Positions 43,090 through 52,862 of a stretch of DNA of 64,000 bases are shown in pieces (the first letter of the stretch is position 1; each line of letters opens with the position of its first letter). The position numbers and the translations under genes are program-made. The notes under the pieces were generated by a model. It made no database searches, was not told the DNA's origin, and saw only the letters and a list, made by a program, of their open reading frames with translations. The DNA is from an uncultured Clostridia bacterium (GTDB taxonomy: Bacteria; Bacillota; Clostridia; Oscillospirales; Acutalibacteraceae), in assembly GCA_946185555.1 (NCBI GenBank), contig CAMHKB010000001.1, positions 7,290 through 71,289 on the forward strand, given 5' to 3'.

Positions 43090-43764
43090 ATGATAATTAC
43101 AATAATACGAACTATTCTGCTTTATATTCTTATCATTTTTGCCGTAAGGATAATGGGCAAGCGTCAGATAAGCGAGCTTCAGACAAGCGAGCTTGTAATA
43201 ACACTTCTCATATCCGATATTGCGTCCATACCAATGCAGAATACCGACCAGCCTATGTTAAGCGGTATCATACCTATATTTGTCCTAATTGTCTGCGAAG
43301 TATTTGTATCCCTCATAATGATGAAAAATGACCGTTTCCGAAGTGTCATATGCGGAAAGCCGGTAATTGTAATAAATAACGGGAATATAGACCAGACGGC
43401 AATGACAGAACTGCGAATGAGTACGGAAGACCTTTTTGAACAGCTTAGACAAAAGGATATTTTCGACATTTCTGAGGTTGCATATGCCGTAATTGAAACA
43501 AACGGAAAAATGAGTATAATGAAAAAACCGTCCTGCGATACTGTGAAGGCAGGACAGCTCGGAGTACAGACCAAGGACAGCGGTATGCCGGCTGTTATCG
43601 TGAGCGATGGTGAAATTGCCGATTCCTCAATGCAGCTTTGCAGCCTTACAAAGCCATGGCTCAGAACAACTCTTATAAAGGAAAAAATACGTCTCAAAGA
43701 TATTTTCATTATGACTGCTGACAGGTCTAAGCATTATCACATTATTAAGAAAGCAGGTGCATAA
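43090..43764 (+). CDS. DUF421 (YetF-type) membrane protein
   Basis: IRTILLYILIIFAVRIMGKRQISELQTSELVITLLISDIAS... is the characteristic DUF421 N-terminus. 224 aa. Confidence 0.8.
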   Translation: MIITIIRTILLYILIIFAVRIMGKRQISELQTSELVITLLISDIASIPMQNTDQPMLSGIIPIFVLIVCEVFVSLIMMKNDRFRSVICGKPVIVINNGNIDQTAMTELRMSTEDLFEQLRQKDIFDISEVAYAVIETNGKMSIMKKPSCDTVKAGQLGVQTKDSGMPAVIVSDGEIADSSMQLCSLTKPWLRTTLIKEKIRLKDIFIMTADRSKHYHIIKKAGA

Positions 43765-44146
43765 TTTGACCCGGACAAGAATTGCAGTTATAATTGTTAT
43801 CATCACTTTTGCAATAGCCGCAGCGGATTATTTTTTCGGCATTCATACTATCAGCTCCGTTGAATATGAACTGAATCAGGCAGTTTCTTGCCTCAACAAG
43901 GGTGACGAACAGCAATCCAAGGTACACGCACAAAAGGCAGAGGAAAACTGGAACAAATGTTCAAACATCATAATGTTTTTCAATACCCATGAAAAAACAG
44001 ACGACATAGATGTATCGCTTAATATTGCCGTTGCTGACATAACTTATCATAATGCAGATCTTTTTCGTGAAGAAGTACAGAGAACGCTCGTACTTCTTGA
44101 ACACATGAAAGAAGCTGAATATCCCCTGCCTGAAAATGTATTATAA
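43757..44146 (+). CDS. DUF4363-like small membrane-anchored protein
   Basis: 129 aa with a single N-terminal TM. It overlaps the DUF421 gene by 8 nt. This is the common DUF421-DUF4363 pairing of spore-formers, and the family call is by context. Confidence 0.55.
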   Translation: MHNLTRTRIAVIIVIITFAIAAADYFFGIHTISSVEYELNQAVSCLNKGDEQQSKVHAQKAEENWNKCSNIIMFFNTHEKTDDIDVSLNIAVADITYHNADLFREEVQRTLVLLEHMKEAEYPLPENVL

Positions 44147-44153
44147 AACCGGA

Positions 44154-44185
44154 AAAGGCTGCCGCACTGATTCAGTGAGCAGCCT
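44154..44185. terminator. shared hairpin between convergent DUF4363 gene and glgB
   Basis: AAGGCTGC (44154-44161) pairs with GCAGCCTT (44178-44185). It lies in the 47-nt gap between the two stop codons. Confidence 0.55.
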
Positions 44186-44193
44186 TAATCATA

Positions 44194-46104
44194 TTATTTT
44201 GAAGCTTTCTTGGTCTTTGCAGTTTTTTCTGGCTTTGGCTTAGGATCATCCTTAACCTCAAAAATTGCAGTACCGAAGGGCGCAAGTTTTATATCAGCAG
44301 AATACTCCCACTGAGCGCAGGGAACAGGTTCTGACTTTATAGGCTCTGCATTTGTTATACCCTTGCCGCCATAGATCTCATAATCTGTATTAAGCACCTC
44401 AGTAAGAGTACAGCTATCACTTAGACCTAACTTATAGTTATCCCATGTTGTATTTGACATATTGATAACCACGGCATATTTCTGACCATCAGTCATTCTA
44501 TAGTATGAAAATACGTTGTGATCTGCGTCATCCGCATTTATCCACAGGAAGCCGTCCTTGTCATAATCCTTCTCATAGAAAGCCGGATTCTTCGTCACAA
44601 GCCCGCCTATCTCACGGAAAAATCTCTGGAAGCAGCGGTGCATTTCATATTCCTCAACAAGGAACCAGTCAAGCTCCTTAGATTCATCCCATTCTCTGAA
44701 CATACCAAGCTCGTTGCCCATAAAGTTGAGAGTCTTTCCGGGATGAGTGAACATATAAGCATAAAGGGATCTTGCCTGTGCAAATTTATTTGCGTAATCT
44801 CCGCCGAACATTTTCTGGACAATAGTAGCCTTTCCGTGTACTACCTCGTCATGTGACAGCGGAAGAATAAACTTCTCGAATCCGAAATAAGCCATAGACC
44901 AGTTGATCTTGTTATGGCTGCCCTTTCTCCAGAGCGGATCGAGCTTCATATACTCAAGAGTATCATTCATCCAGCCCATATCCCACTTATAGTCAAATCC
45001 AAGACCGCCCATCTCAACGGGATCGGTAACATGGGGATAGTCAGAAGAATCCTCTGCAATAAGCATTATACCCTTAAATTCTTCATTAAGTCTGGTATTC
45101 ATCTTCTTGAAAAATTCAACAGAACGGTCATTTACACCTCTGTCCTTATTTCCCATCCAGTAAATACCATTATTGATAGCGTCCATTCTGATTCCGTCAA
45201 AGTGATATGCGTCAAGCCAGAATGCAGCCGCAGAAATAAGAAAGCTCTGAACCTCTCCTCTGGAAACATTGAAGTTATATGTACCCCACTCACTCTGATT
45301 TACATCTGACGGCGGATACTCATACAGATCAGTTCCGTCAAAATGAGCAAGTGAAAAGTTATCTCTTACAAAATGAACAAAGGCAAAGTCTATGATAACG
45401 CCAATTCCTGCCTGATGGCACTTCTCAACAAAAGTCATAAGCTGCTCCGGTGTACCATATCTTGAAGTAGCACTATAGTACATAGCAGTCTGATAGCCCC
45501 ATGAACCATCGAAAGGAAATTCTGCAAGCGGCAGTATCTCAATATGTGTAAAGTTGTTGCCCTTGACATACTTGATAAGCTCATCAGCGATCTCATCATA
45601 TCTGAACCACTGTGCGCCGCCGTCAGCCTCGCTTTTTCCGTAAGGCTTTTTCCATGAACCCATGTGCATCTCATATATACTAAGAGGCTTATCAAAGCAC
45701 TTTGTTCTTGATTTTATCCACTTTTCATCATGGAAGATCCTCTCAGGCGCAATTCTCGTTATTACAGACGCCGTATTCGGTCTGAGTTCACTGTGGAATG
45801 CAAAGGGATCAGCCTTATCCACAACTCCTCCGCCCTGCTGATAAACTCTGAACTTATAAAGCTGACCAACCCATGCGTCAGGTATAACAAGCTCATATAC
45901 ACCGTTCGGCAGTCTGTTCATCGGATGATATCCTCCGTTCCATCCGTTGAAATCACCAACAACATCAACACCATGTGCAGAAGGCGCATATACTCTGAAC
46001 ATTATACCCTTGTCCTCATTTTCAGACACAGGGTGCGCACCAAAATATTTATACGCATTAGTTGATATACCCTTATAATATTCATCCATTGAGAAAGCAG
46101 CCAT
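44194..46104 (-). CDS. glgB: 1,4-alpha-glucan branching enzyme
   Basis: 636 aa with the GH13 motifs DFAFVHF, GIRMDA, IAEDSS and LSHDEVVHGK, plus an N-terminal CBM48-like region. Confidence 0.9.
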   Translation of the reverse strand: MAAFSMDEYYKGISTNAYKYFGAHPVSENEDKGIMFRVYAPSAHGVDVVGDFNGWNGGYHPMNRLPNGVYELVIPDAWVGQLYKFRVYQQGGGVVDKADPFAFHSELRPNTASVITRIAPERIFHDEKWIKSRTKCFDKPLSIYEMHMGSWKKPYGKSEADGGAQWFRYDEIADELIKYVKGNNFTHIEILPLAEFPFDGSWGYQTAMYYSATSRYGTPEQLMTFVEKCHQAGIGVIIDFAFVHFVRDNFSLAHFDGTDLYEYPPSDVNQSEWGTYNFNVSRGEVQSFLISAAAFWLDAYHFDGIRMDAINNGIYWMGNKDRGVNDRSVEFFKKMNTRLNEEFKGIMLIAEDSSDYPHVTDPVEMGGLGFDYKWDMGWMNDTLEYMKLDPLWRKGSHNKINWSMAYFGFEKFILPLSHDEVVHGKATIVQKMFGGDYANKFAQARSLYAYMFTHPGKTLNFMGNELGMFREWDESKELDWFLVEEYEMHRCFQRFFREIGGLVTKNPAFYEKDYDKDGFLWINADDADHNVFSYYRMTDGQKYAVVINMSNTTWDNYKLGLSDSCTLTEVLNTDYEIYGGKGITNAEPIKSEPVPCAQWEYSADIKLAPFGTAIFEVKDDPKPKPEKTAKTKKASK

Positions 46105-46246
46105 TACATCATCTCCTACTGTTTTTTATTACATCGCTGCCGTCATCAAGCGTGTAAAACCGCTGAACGGACAGCATCTTTCCTGAATTTATTTTAATAT
46201 ATAGCACATATAATGTCATTAGACATATCAAAGTGATTGTCGCACT

Positions 46247-46585
46247 TTACCTGAACAGATTATAAATTGACAGAGCAAGGACAACATTCCCCTTTGCCTG
46301 TATCTGCTTTGTTGTAAAAGCCCGGATAACATCAAGCTCGCCTTTTATCATCTTCTCAAAATTTGCAATTGACATAGTGATATATATATTCACGCTGTTA
46401 TGTCTTGCCGGCTCAATAAATTTGACACCACTCTTATAGGACACGTATATATAACCGCTCTCACGGCCCGTAAGAAAAAGCAAAGCTTTAAAATCCTTCC
46501 CCACAGAGGAAAGATCCTTAGAATGGATAAAGTTTTCCATGTAGCGATAACAGTCGTTGAAATTCATTGTATCATCCCTGATCAC
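46247..46585 (-). CDS. SCP2 sterol-binding-domain protein
   Basis: 112 aa. FEKMIKGELDVIRAFTTKQIQAKGNVVLALSIYNLF resembles the SCP2 C-terminal signature. Confidence 0.6.
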   Translation of the reverse strand: MIRDDTMNFNDCYRYMENFIHSKDLSSVGKDFKALLFLTGRESGYIYVSYKSGVKFIEPARHNSVNIYITMSIANFEKMIKGELDVIRAFTTKQIQAKGNVVLALSIYNLFR

Positions 46586-46720
46586 AATATAATACAGCCT
46601 GATTATATCATAATAAAAGATAATTAAAATTCCCCAAAAGAATTATGCACTCAATATTTTGTCGTTTTATACATTTTATATCAAACTTCATCTAAGTTTT
46701 TTTGCATAATAACAGACAAA

Positions 46721-46742
46721 GATCCGGAATTTCTTCCGGATC
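46721..46742 (-). terminator. intrinsic terminator after hydA
   Basis: GATCCGGAA-TTTC-TTCCGGATC is a perfect 9-bp stem. On the minus strand it is followed by TTTGTCTGTTATT. Confidence 0.65.
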
Positions 46743-46781
46743 TCTGCCTTTAAGGAGTGATTATATGATCAAAAGAAGCGA

Positions 46782-48545
46782 TTATGACATTTTATTGCCT
46801 CTTGCAACATAAGATGTATGGAGATACTTGTGAGCCTTCTCCTTGCCGGGAGCCTCAAAGAACTCATCATAAACCATCTTACATACGGGGCTTTCCTCAC
46901 TGCTTCTCATTTCGCTGTTCTTATCCTGGTCATAAAGAGCCTTGGAACGAAGAGCCTTATAATCAACGTAATTTCTCACGCTGTCAGGCTGATAGGGCTG
47001 ACCGCCGCCGTTGATACAGCCGCCGGGACAAGCCATGATCTCAACCATATGATAGTCAGCTTCACCGCTCTTGATCTTTTCAAGGATCTTGCGAGCATTT
47101 CCAAGACCAGAAGTAACTGCAACCTTGATATCAATACCAGCAACATTATATGTTACCTCACGGATAGCCTCAGGACCTCTTACCTCTTCAAAGTCGATCA
47201 TCTTGAAGTCGCCGTCAAGAGTTCTTGCTGCATTTCTGAGCGCTGCCTCAAGAACGCCGCCTGTTGCGCCGAAGATCACGCCGCCGCCTGTTGCCTTATC
47301 AAACGGTGCATCGAAATCTTCGTCAGGAAGATCTGCAAAGTCAAGACCGGCACGCTTGATCATTCTTGCAAGCTCTCTTGTTGTAAGAGCAACATCAACA
47401 TCATCATAGTCACCGTCGCCTGAACGGAGCTGAGGACGTGTGCATTCAAATTTCTTTGCAGTACAGGGAATTACGCTGACAACGAACATCTTGTTAGGAT
47501 CGATACCTGTCTTTTGTGCATAGTAGCCCTTAAGAACTGCGCCGAACATAGCCTGCGGTGATTTACAGGTTGAAAGGTTCGGAATGAAATCAGGATAGTA
47601 ATGCTCAACGAATTTTACCCAACCGGGGCAGCATGATGTAAACATCGGAAGTGTGCCGCCGTTCTGGATTCTCTCTATAAGCTCGTGAGCTTCTTCAAGG
47701 ATAGTAAGGTCAGCTGTAAAGTCCATATTGTAAGCCTTTACACCATCGCCGAGACGGCGGATAGCAGCAGCCATTTTACCCTCAACATTTGAACCGATAG
47801 GCATATCAAAGCTTTCGCCGAGAGTAGCCTTGATAGAAGGAGCTGTAAAGAAGATAACTTCCTTATCAGGATCGTTGATAGCATCCCATACCTTATCCTC
47901 CTGCGGCTTCTCTTTGAGAGCACCTACAGGACAGCTTACGATACACTGACCGCAGCCTACACACGGAGAATCATCAAGACTCTTATCGAACGCGCTGCCG
48001 ATATGAACCTGATATCCTCTCTTGATAGAGCCGATAACGGATACTGTCTGAACATTCTTACACATAGCCACACAGCGCATACACTGTACGCACTTGCTGT
48101 TGTCACGAACGATATATGGTGACTGCTCATCGATCTCATAATCGAGTTCCTCGCCCTCGAAATGATCCTCGTCAACACCGTATTCAAGCGCAAGCTTCTG
48201 AAGCTCGCAGTTATTATTTCTTACACATGAAAGACACTTTTTCTTATGATTTGAAAGAAGAAGCTCTATAGTCATCTTTCTTGACTTTATAACTGCCGGA
48301 GTATTGGTGAATACCTCAAGTCCTTCCTCAGCCGGATAAACACAGGCAGCAAGAAGACCTCTCATAGGTCTGCCGTTCATTTTTGCTTCAACCATACATA
48401 CACGGCAGGCACCAATGCAGTTAATATCCTTGAGGTAACAAAGCGTAGGTATCTCAATATTAGCCTGCTTTGCAGCCTGGAGTATAGTATAACCCTTTGG
48501 TACTTCAACAGGGATATTATTTATTTTCAGATGTACTGTTTCCAT
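46782..48545 (-). CDS. hydA: [FeFe] hydrogenase catalytic subunit (HydA, group A3 type)
   Basis: N-terminal 2Fe-2S and 4Fe-4S ferredoxin modules, then the H-cluster motifs FTSCCPGWV, VIPCTAKKFE and EIMACPGGCINGGGQP. Confidence 0.9.
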   Translation of the reverse strand: METVHLKINNIPVEVPKGYTILQAAKQANIEIPTLCYLKDINCIGACRVCMVEAKMNGRPMRGLLAACVYPAEEGLEVFTNTPAVIKSRKMTIELLLSNHKKKCLSCVRNNNCELQKLALEYGVDEDHFEGEELDYEIDEQSPYIVRDNSKCVQCMRCVAMCKNVQTVSVIGSIKRGYQVHIGSAFDKSLDDSPCVGCGQCIVSCPVGALKEKPQEDKVWDAINDPDKEVIFFTAPSIKATLGESFDMPIGSNVEGKMAAAIRRLGDGVKAYNMDFTADLTILEEAHELIERIQNGGTLPMFTSCCPGWVKFVEHYYPDFIPNLSTCKSPQAMFGAVLKGYYAQKTGIDPNKMFVVSVIPCTAKKFECTRPQLRSGDGDYDDVDVALTTRELARMIKRAGLDFADLPDEDFDAPFDKATGGGVIFGATGGVLEAALRNAARTLDGDFKMIDFEEVRGPEAIREVTYNVAGIDIKVAVTSGLGNARKILEKIKSGEADYHMVEIMACPGGCINGGGQPYQPDSVRNYVDYKALRSKALYDQDKNSEMRSSEESPVCKMVYDEFFEAPGKEKAHKYLHTSYVARGNKMS

Positions 48546-48560
48546 GAATTATCCCCCTCC

Positions 48561-50453
48561 TTATTTGGTTATAATAGCGCCGAACTTACAGTTGCTCATA
48601 CACAGACCGCACTTTATGCACTTTTCAGCGTCAATAACATGAGGCTGCTTAACTGTACCGCTGATAGCCTTGACAGGACAGTTCCTTGCACAAAGCGTAC
48701 AGCCCTTACACTTATCAGCAATGATCTCATATCTGATAAGTGACTTACAAACACCAGCCGGACAAGTCTTATCCTGGATGTGCGCAATATATTCATCCTT
48801 AAAGAAGTGGAGTGTTGAAAGGATCGGATTAGGTGCTGTCTGACCGAGAGCGCACAGAGAGGACTTCTGCATATGCTTAGCAAGCTCATCTATGTCTTCA
48901 AGGTCTTTCATTGTACCATTGCCCTTGGTGATCTTATCAAGATAATTAAGAAGCTTTCTTGTACCTATACGGCACGGTGTACACTTACCGCAGCTTTCGT
49001 CAACGGTAAACTCAAGATAGAACTTAGCGATATCAACCATACAGGTATCCTCATCAAGGATAATCATACCGCCCGAACCCATCATTGAACCGATAGCCAG
49101 AAGGCTGTCATAGTCGATAGGTGTATCAATATGCTCTGACGGGATACATCCGCCGGAAGGACCGCCTGTCTGAGCAGCCTTGAACTTTTTGCCGTTCGGG
49201 ATGCCGCCGCCGATCTCTTCAATGATCTCACGCAGAGTTGTACCCATAGGAATTTCAACAAGACCAACATTTGTGATCTTACCGCCGAGAGCAAATACCT
49301 TTGTGCCGCGGCTTGTTTCTGTACCGATGGATGAATACCACTCGCTGCCCTTATTGATGATCTGAGCGATATTAGCGTATGTTTCAACATTGTTAAGAAC
49401 TGTCGGCTTGCCGAACAGACCCTTAACTGCCGGGAACGGAGGACGCGGACGAGGCTCGCCTCTGTTGCCTTCGATAGAGGTCATAAGAGCTGTTTCCTCA
49501 CCGCATACAAATGCGCCTGCGCCAAGTCTGATTTCAAGATCAAAATCAAAACCTGTGCCGAAAATATTCTTGCCGAGGAAGCCGTATTTCTTAGCCTGCT
49601 CAATAGCAATAGTAAGTCTCTGAACAGCGATAGGATACTCAGCACGAACATATACAAAGCCGTGATTTGCGCCGATAGCATAACCAGCTATAGCCATAGC
49701 CTCGATTATACACTGCGGGTCGCCTTCAAGAATAGAACGATCCATGAATGCGCCCGGGTCGCCTTCGTCAGCATTACAAGCAACATACTTTATATCTCCG
49801 GGAGAAGCCTTTGCGAACATCCACTTTCTGCCTGTGGGGAATCCGCCGCCGCCTCTTCCTCTGAGTCCTGAATCAAGAACCTCCTTGATTACCTCATCAG
49901 GAGTCATAGAGGTAAGAGCCTTATACAGACCCTGATAACCGTCAAGTGCGATATATTCCTCTATATTTTCAGGATCGATAACACCGCAGTTGCGCAGTGC
50001 TATTCTCATCTGCTTCTTATAGAAGTTTGTCTCTGAAAGAGGTGTGATAGAACCATCTTCATGAACTGTCTCCTTATAGAGAAGCTCTTTTACAACATTA
50101 CCCTCTTTAAGGTGTTCCTTAACTATCTTTGCAACGCCCTCAGGAGTAGCCTGTGAATAGAATGAACCCTCCGGGTAAACGATCATTATCGGACCAAGTG
50201 AGCAAAGACCAAAGCATCCGGTCTTTACAACGAGGATCTCATCCTCTATGCCGTTTTCTTTGAGTGCAGCTTCAAGAGCAGCTATAACCTTTTTGCTTCC
50301 TGAAGAAGTACAGCCTGTACCTCCGCATACAAGAACCTGTTTGCGGTACTGGGTATGTTTAGCCAGTTCCTCGCCCTTTTCCTTAACGACCTTACGGACC
50401 ATTACCAGTTCTTCTTTTTCTTTCTTGATCTTATTAAGTTCTTCAAGCGTCAT
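48561..50453 (-). CDS. hydB: NuoF-like flavoprotein subunit of bifurcating hydrogenase (HydB)
   Basis: 630 aa with a thioredoxin-like 2Fe-2S N-domain, the FMN/NAD site GRGGGGFPTGRKW, ESCGKCTPCR, and two C-terminal 4Fe-4S motifs (CKGCTLCARNCP, CIKCGLCMSNC). Confidence 0.9.
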   Translation of the reverse strand: MTLEELNKIKKEKEELVMVRKVVKEKGEELAKHTQYRKQVLVCGGTGCTSSGSKKVIAALEAALKENGIEDEILVVKTGCFGLCSLGPIMIVYPEGSFYSQATPEGVAKIVKEHLKEGNVVKELLYKETVHEDGSITPLSETNFYKKQMRIALRNCGVIDPENIEEYIALDGYQGLYKALTSMTPDEVIKEVLDSGLRGRGGGGFPTGRKWMFAKASPGDIKYVACNADEGDPGAFMDRSILEGDPQCIIEAMAIAGYAIGANHGFVYVRAEYPIAVQRLTIAIEQAKKYGFLGKNIFGTGFDFDLEIRLGAGAFVCGEETALMTSIEGNRGEPRPRPPFPAVKGLFGKPTVLNNVETYANIAQIINKGSEWYSSIGTETSRGTKVFALGGKITNVGLVEIPMGTTLREIIEEIGGGIPNGKKFKAAQTGGPSGGCIPSEHIDTPIDYDSLLAIGSMMGSGGMIILDEDTCMVDIAKFYLEFTVDESCGKCTPCRIGTRKLLNYLDKITKGNGTMKDLEDIDELAKHMQKSSLCALGQTAPNPILSTLHFFKDEYIAHIQDKTCPAGVCKSLIRYEIIADKCKGCTLCARNCPVKAISGTVKQPHVIDAEKCIKCGLCMSNCKFGAIITK

Positions 50454-50977
50454 TACTTAGCTCCCCCTTCCTCATCCATATACTTCTTAAGGATCTTTCC
50501 GACTTCCTTGGGGGTAAGCTTTCCATATACATCCTCATCGATCATCATTACAGGTGCAAGACCGCACGCACCTACGCAGCGGCAGGAGTCGATCGAAAAC
50601 AATCCGTCCGGTGTACATTCGCCGCTCTTTATGCCGAGCTGACTCTCTATCTCGGCAAGGATCTTATCCGATCCCTTAACATAGCAGGCTGTACCGAGAC
50701 AGACACTTATCTTGTGTTTGCCCTTTGGTGTGAGACTGAAACGTGAATAGAATGTTGCAACGCCGAATACCTCACTGAGTGACACGCCAAGTCCGTCAGC
50801 AACCATCTGCTGAACCTCTATCGGGAGATAACCATATATCTCCTGTGCCTCATGGAGTACGGGCAACAATGCTCCGGGGACGCTCTTATTCTGCTCGATA
50901 ACAGACATAAGCTGCTCCTGCTGAGCCTTTGTTCCCTGGAAGGTTAGGGAATTTTCTGCCATAGGATATTCCTCCAT
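50453..50977 (-). CDS. hydC: NuoE-like 2Fe-2S subunit (HydC)
   Basis: 174 aa: ALLPVLHEAQEIYGYLP...ISVCLGTACYVKG...CRCVGACGLAP. The 1-nt start/stop overlap with hydB implies translational coupling. Confidence 0.9.
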   Translation of the reverse strand: MEEYPMAENSLTFQGTKAQQEQLMSVIEQNKSVPGALLPVLHEAQEIYGYLPIEVQQMVADGLGVSLSEVFGVATFYSRFSLTPKGKHKISVCLGTACYVKGSDKILAEIESQLGIKSGECTPDGLFSIDSCRCVGACGLAPVMMIDEDVYGKLTPKEVGKILKKYMDEEGGAK

Positions 50978-51175
50978 TTACTTTAAATTTATATATCTGA
51001 AAATATATAACTTATATAGAACATTATATACCATTCTTCAATAAATTACAAGTTATTTTTTTTATATTTTCGACATATTTTCGACAATTTGTAAATTTTA
51101 CTATCAATTATTTTCAGCAAAACCAGTTAAACTAATCTAATTCGTTATAATTGATTTAACACTTTAAAGTCTATA

Positions 51176-52789
51176 TCACTTATTGTTTTCTGAACTTAAA
51201 AGCTTGCGGCATTCTGTCGGTGCATTCCATGGAAGCAGCTCTTCTATACTTCTTACATTATTTGAGTAGTTCTTCAGAAAGTACACAATATATCTTTGTG
51301 CATCAAGGTTACACGCCTCCAGCGTCCTCAGTATACTCATCATTATCATAACTCTGTGATATCCGCTGTTTTCCTTCAAAAGCCTGGGATCTCTCTGGTC
51401 AGTCCCAAAAACATTCAGTTCCGAAATACATCTTGCATTGTCAAATTCTGTTCTTGAATCACTGTAGAACATATTGAGTTCATCTGCATTTTTCAGAATA
51501 AATTCAAAGATTTCTCCCATACCGCCTTCTTTTTCAGATCTCTGCCACGTCAAAGCCCTCTCAATAATGCCATCAGTAAGATCCATACAGTTTGAACGGC
51601 GTACAGTAAGCCTCATTTCTTCATCAACATTTTCTTCATCCCTTATAACTGCTTTTATCTGACTTATTTCAGAAATACATTCAGAAGCCTCACCCATATT
51701 ATCAAAAGCGTCTTTTCCGTTCCTTATCTGATTTATCAGTCTTTCAGCTTCTCCCCACATCGGTATGACCTCAAATTTTCTTTTCTGAAAGCTGAATAGT
51801 CCTGTTCTGTCAGTATGCAAAATTCCGCTGTAATCCTTTAGGAATGATAAATGTGCTTTTTCCTTATTTGCCGGAACATCCTTTCCGCTGTCAAATACAA
51901 CAATATGCTTTTCGTCAGAATAAGCGGTACAGTATGCGAACATATTCAATCCGCCCTTATCAGCAACAGCGCCGTCACTTTCATTTACAGTACATACCGG
52001 TACTCTTTTACAGACTGCTGTAATAAATCCTGAGTTCAGCAATTCTTCACGCAGTCTGTTATAAAGCGGTTCAAAATAAACATCACATACCTCATTTATG
52101 ATATATCCGAAAAAGCTCCTCGGCAGTTCAAGCTTTTTTGCTCTCCAGCACATCTCCAGACTCATCAAAGATGTATTCATCAAAAGCTTTCCGCAAATAA
52201 TATATGCCGCCATTTCAGGAGTAACAGATCCTTCTCTTATTACAGATCTTTTGCCCACCACAGAAGCGTACATGTCAAGTATAACTTTTTTACATTTGCT
52301 GCATTCAGCAACAGGAAATGCTTCATCCTTTACTCTGAATATTTTATCATCCAAATAAAAAGATGTTCTGATTTTTCCTCCGTGAACCATACACAGACTG
52401 CCGCAGGAACTGCATCTTCCGGAAAAATATACAGGATAATATCTTACGGCAGTGTACTCTGCTGAAGGTGTTTCGCCTTTTCTGACTGCTCTATATATAT
52501 TTCCGACAATTCCGCTTACATCTGACATGCCGAACTTTTTTCCGACATAATCAGATTCATTATACATCCTGTCAAAGGCTTCAGAGATGATATTCTGTCT
52601 TACGGAAATATCACCTTTTACAATAGTCTTATATTTTTCAAGCTCCTTTTTAAGACTGGCGTTTTCCTGTTCCAGCTGAAGACATCTCAATCTTGCCGAT
52701 TGGCTCAGATAATTTTCTGAAAGAATACTGCTGTACTCTTCAAACGATAATATTCTGGAATTGTCTTCTATTTCATCCATATTAAGCAT
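51176..52789 (-). CDS. IS66-family transposase-like protein, apparently degenerate (solo, no accessory ORFs or inverted repeats seen)
   Basis: 537 aa, colinear with IS66 Tnp. It has an N-terminal leucine-zipper-like coil (LQLEQENASLKKELEKYK) and a zinc ribbon CSSCG...(about 35 aa)...CSKCKK. The segments FEPLYNRLREELLNSGFI, FLKDYSGILHTDRTG and LEACNLDAQRYIVYFLK...LLPWN mirror conserved IS66 blocks. The expected DET and AER catalytic positions are not conserved by eye. Confidence 0.5.
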   Translation of the reverse strand: MLNMDEIEDNSRILSFEEYSSILSENYLSQSARLRCLQLEQENASLKKELEKYKTIVKGDISVRQNIISEAFDRMYNESDYVGKKFGMSDVSGIVGNIYRAVRKGETPSAEYTAVRYYPVYFSGRCSSCGSLCMVHGGKIRTSFYLDDKIFRVKDEAFPVAECSKCKKVILDMYASVVGKRSVIREGSVTPEMAAYIICGKLLMNTSLMSLEMCWRAKKLELPRSFFGYIINEVCDVYFEPLYNRLREELLNSGFITAVCKRVPVCTVNESDGAVADKGGLNMFAYCTAYSDEKHIVVFDSGKDVPANKEKAHLSFLKDYSGILHTDRTGLFSFQKRKFEVIPMWGEAERLINQIRNGKDAFDNMGEASECISEISQIKAVIRDEENVDEEMRLTVRRSNCMDLTDGIIERALTWQRSEKEGGMGEIFEFILKNADELNMFYSDSRTEFDNARCISELNVFGTDQRDPRLLKENSGYHRVMIMMSILRTLEACNLDAQRYIVYFLKNYSNNVRSIEELLPWNAPTECRKLLSSENNK

Positions 52790-52828
52790 ACAAGTCCCAC
52801 TCCTGCATCTTCGCTTTATTATGACAAA

Positions 52829-52854
52829 GACCGCAGCTGTTTATCACTGCGGCC
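52829..52854 (-). terminator. possible terminator after ntpD
   Basis: CCGCAG (52831-52836) pairs with CTGCGG (47-52 of the same decade block, 52847-52852), with one further outer pair. It is followed on the minus strand by TTTGTCATAATAAA. Confidence 0.45.
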
Positions 52855-52862
52855 TTACATAG

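Noticed and set aside
50978-51175. Terminal inverted repeats or target duplications for the IS66-like gene, checked in both flanks (also 52790-52862)
   Set aside because: I could find no complementary termini or GTAAGCG-type IS66 ends by eye. The upstream flank is occupied by the ntpD terminator hairpin. The locus is therefore reported as a solo transposase-like CDS and is not called a mobile element.
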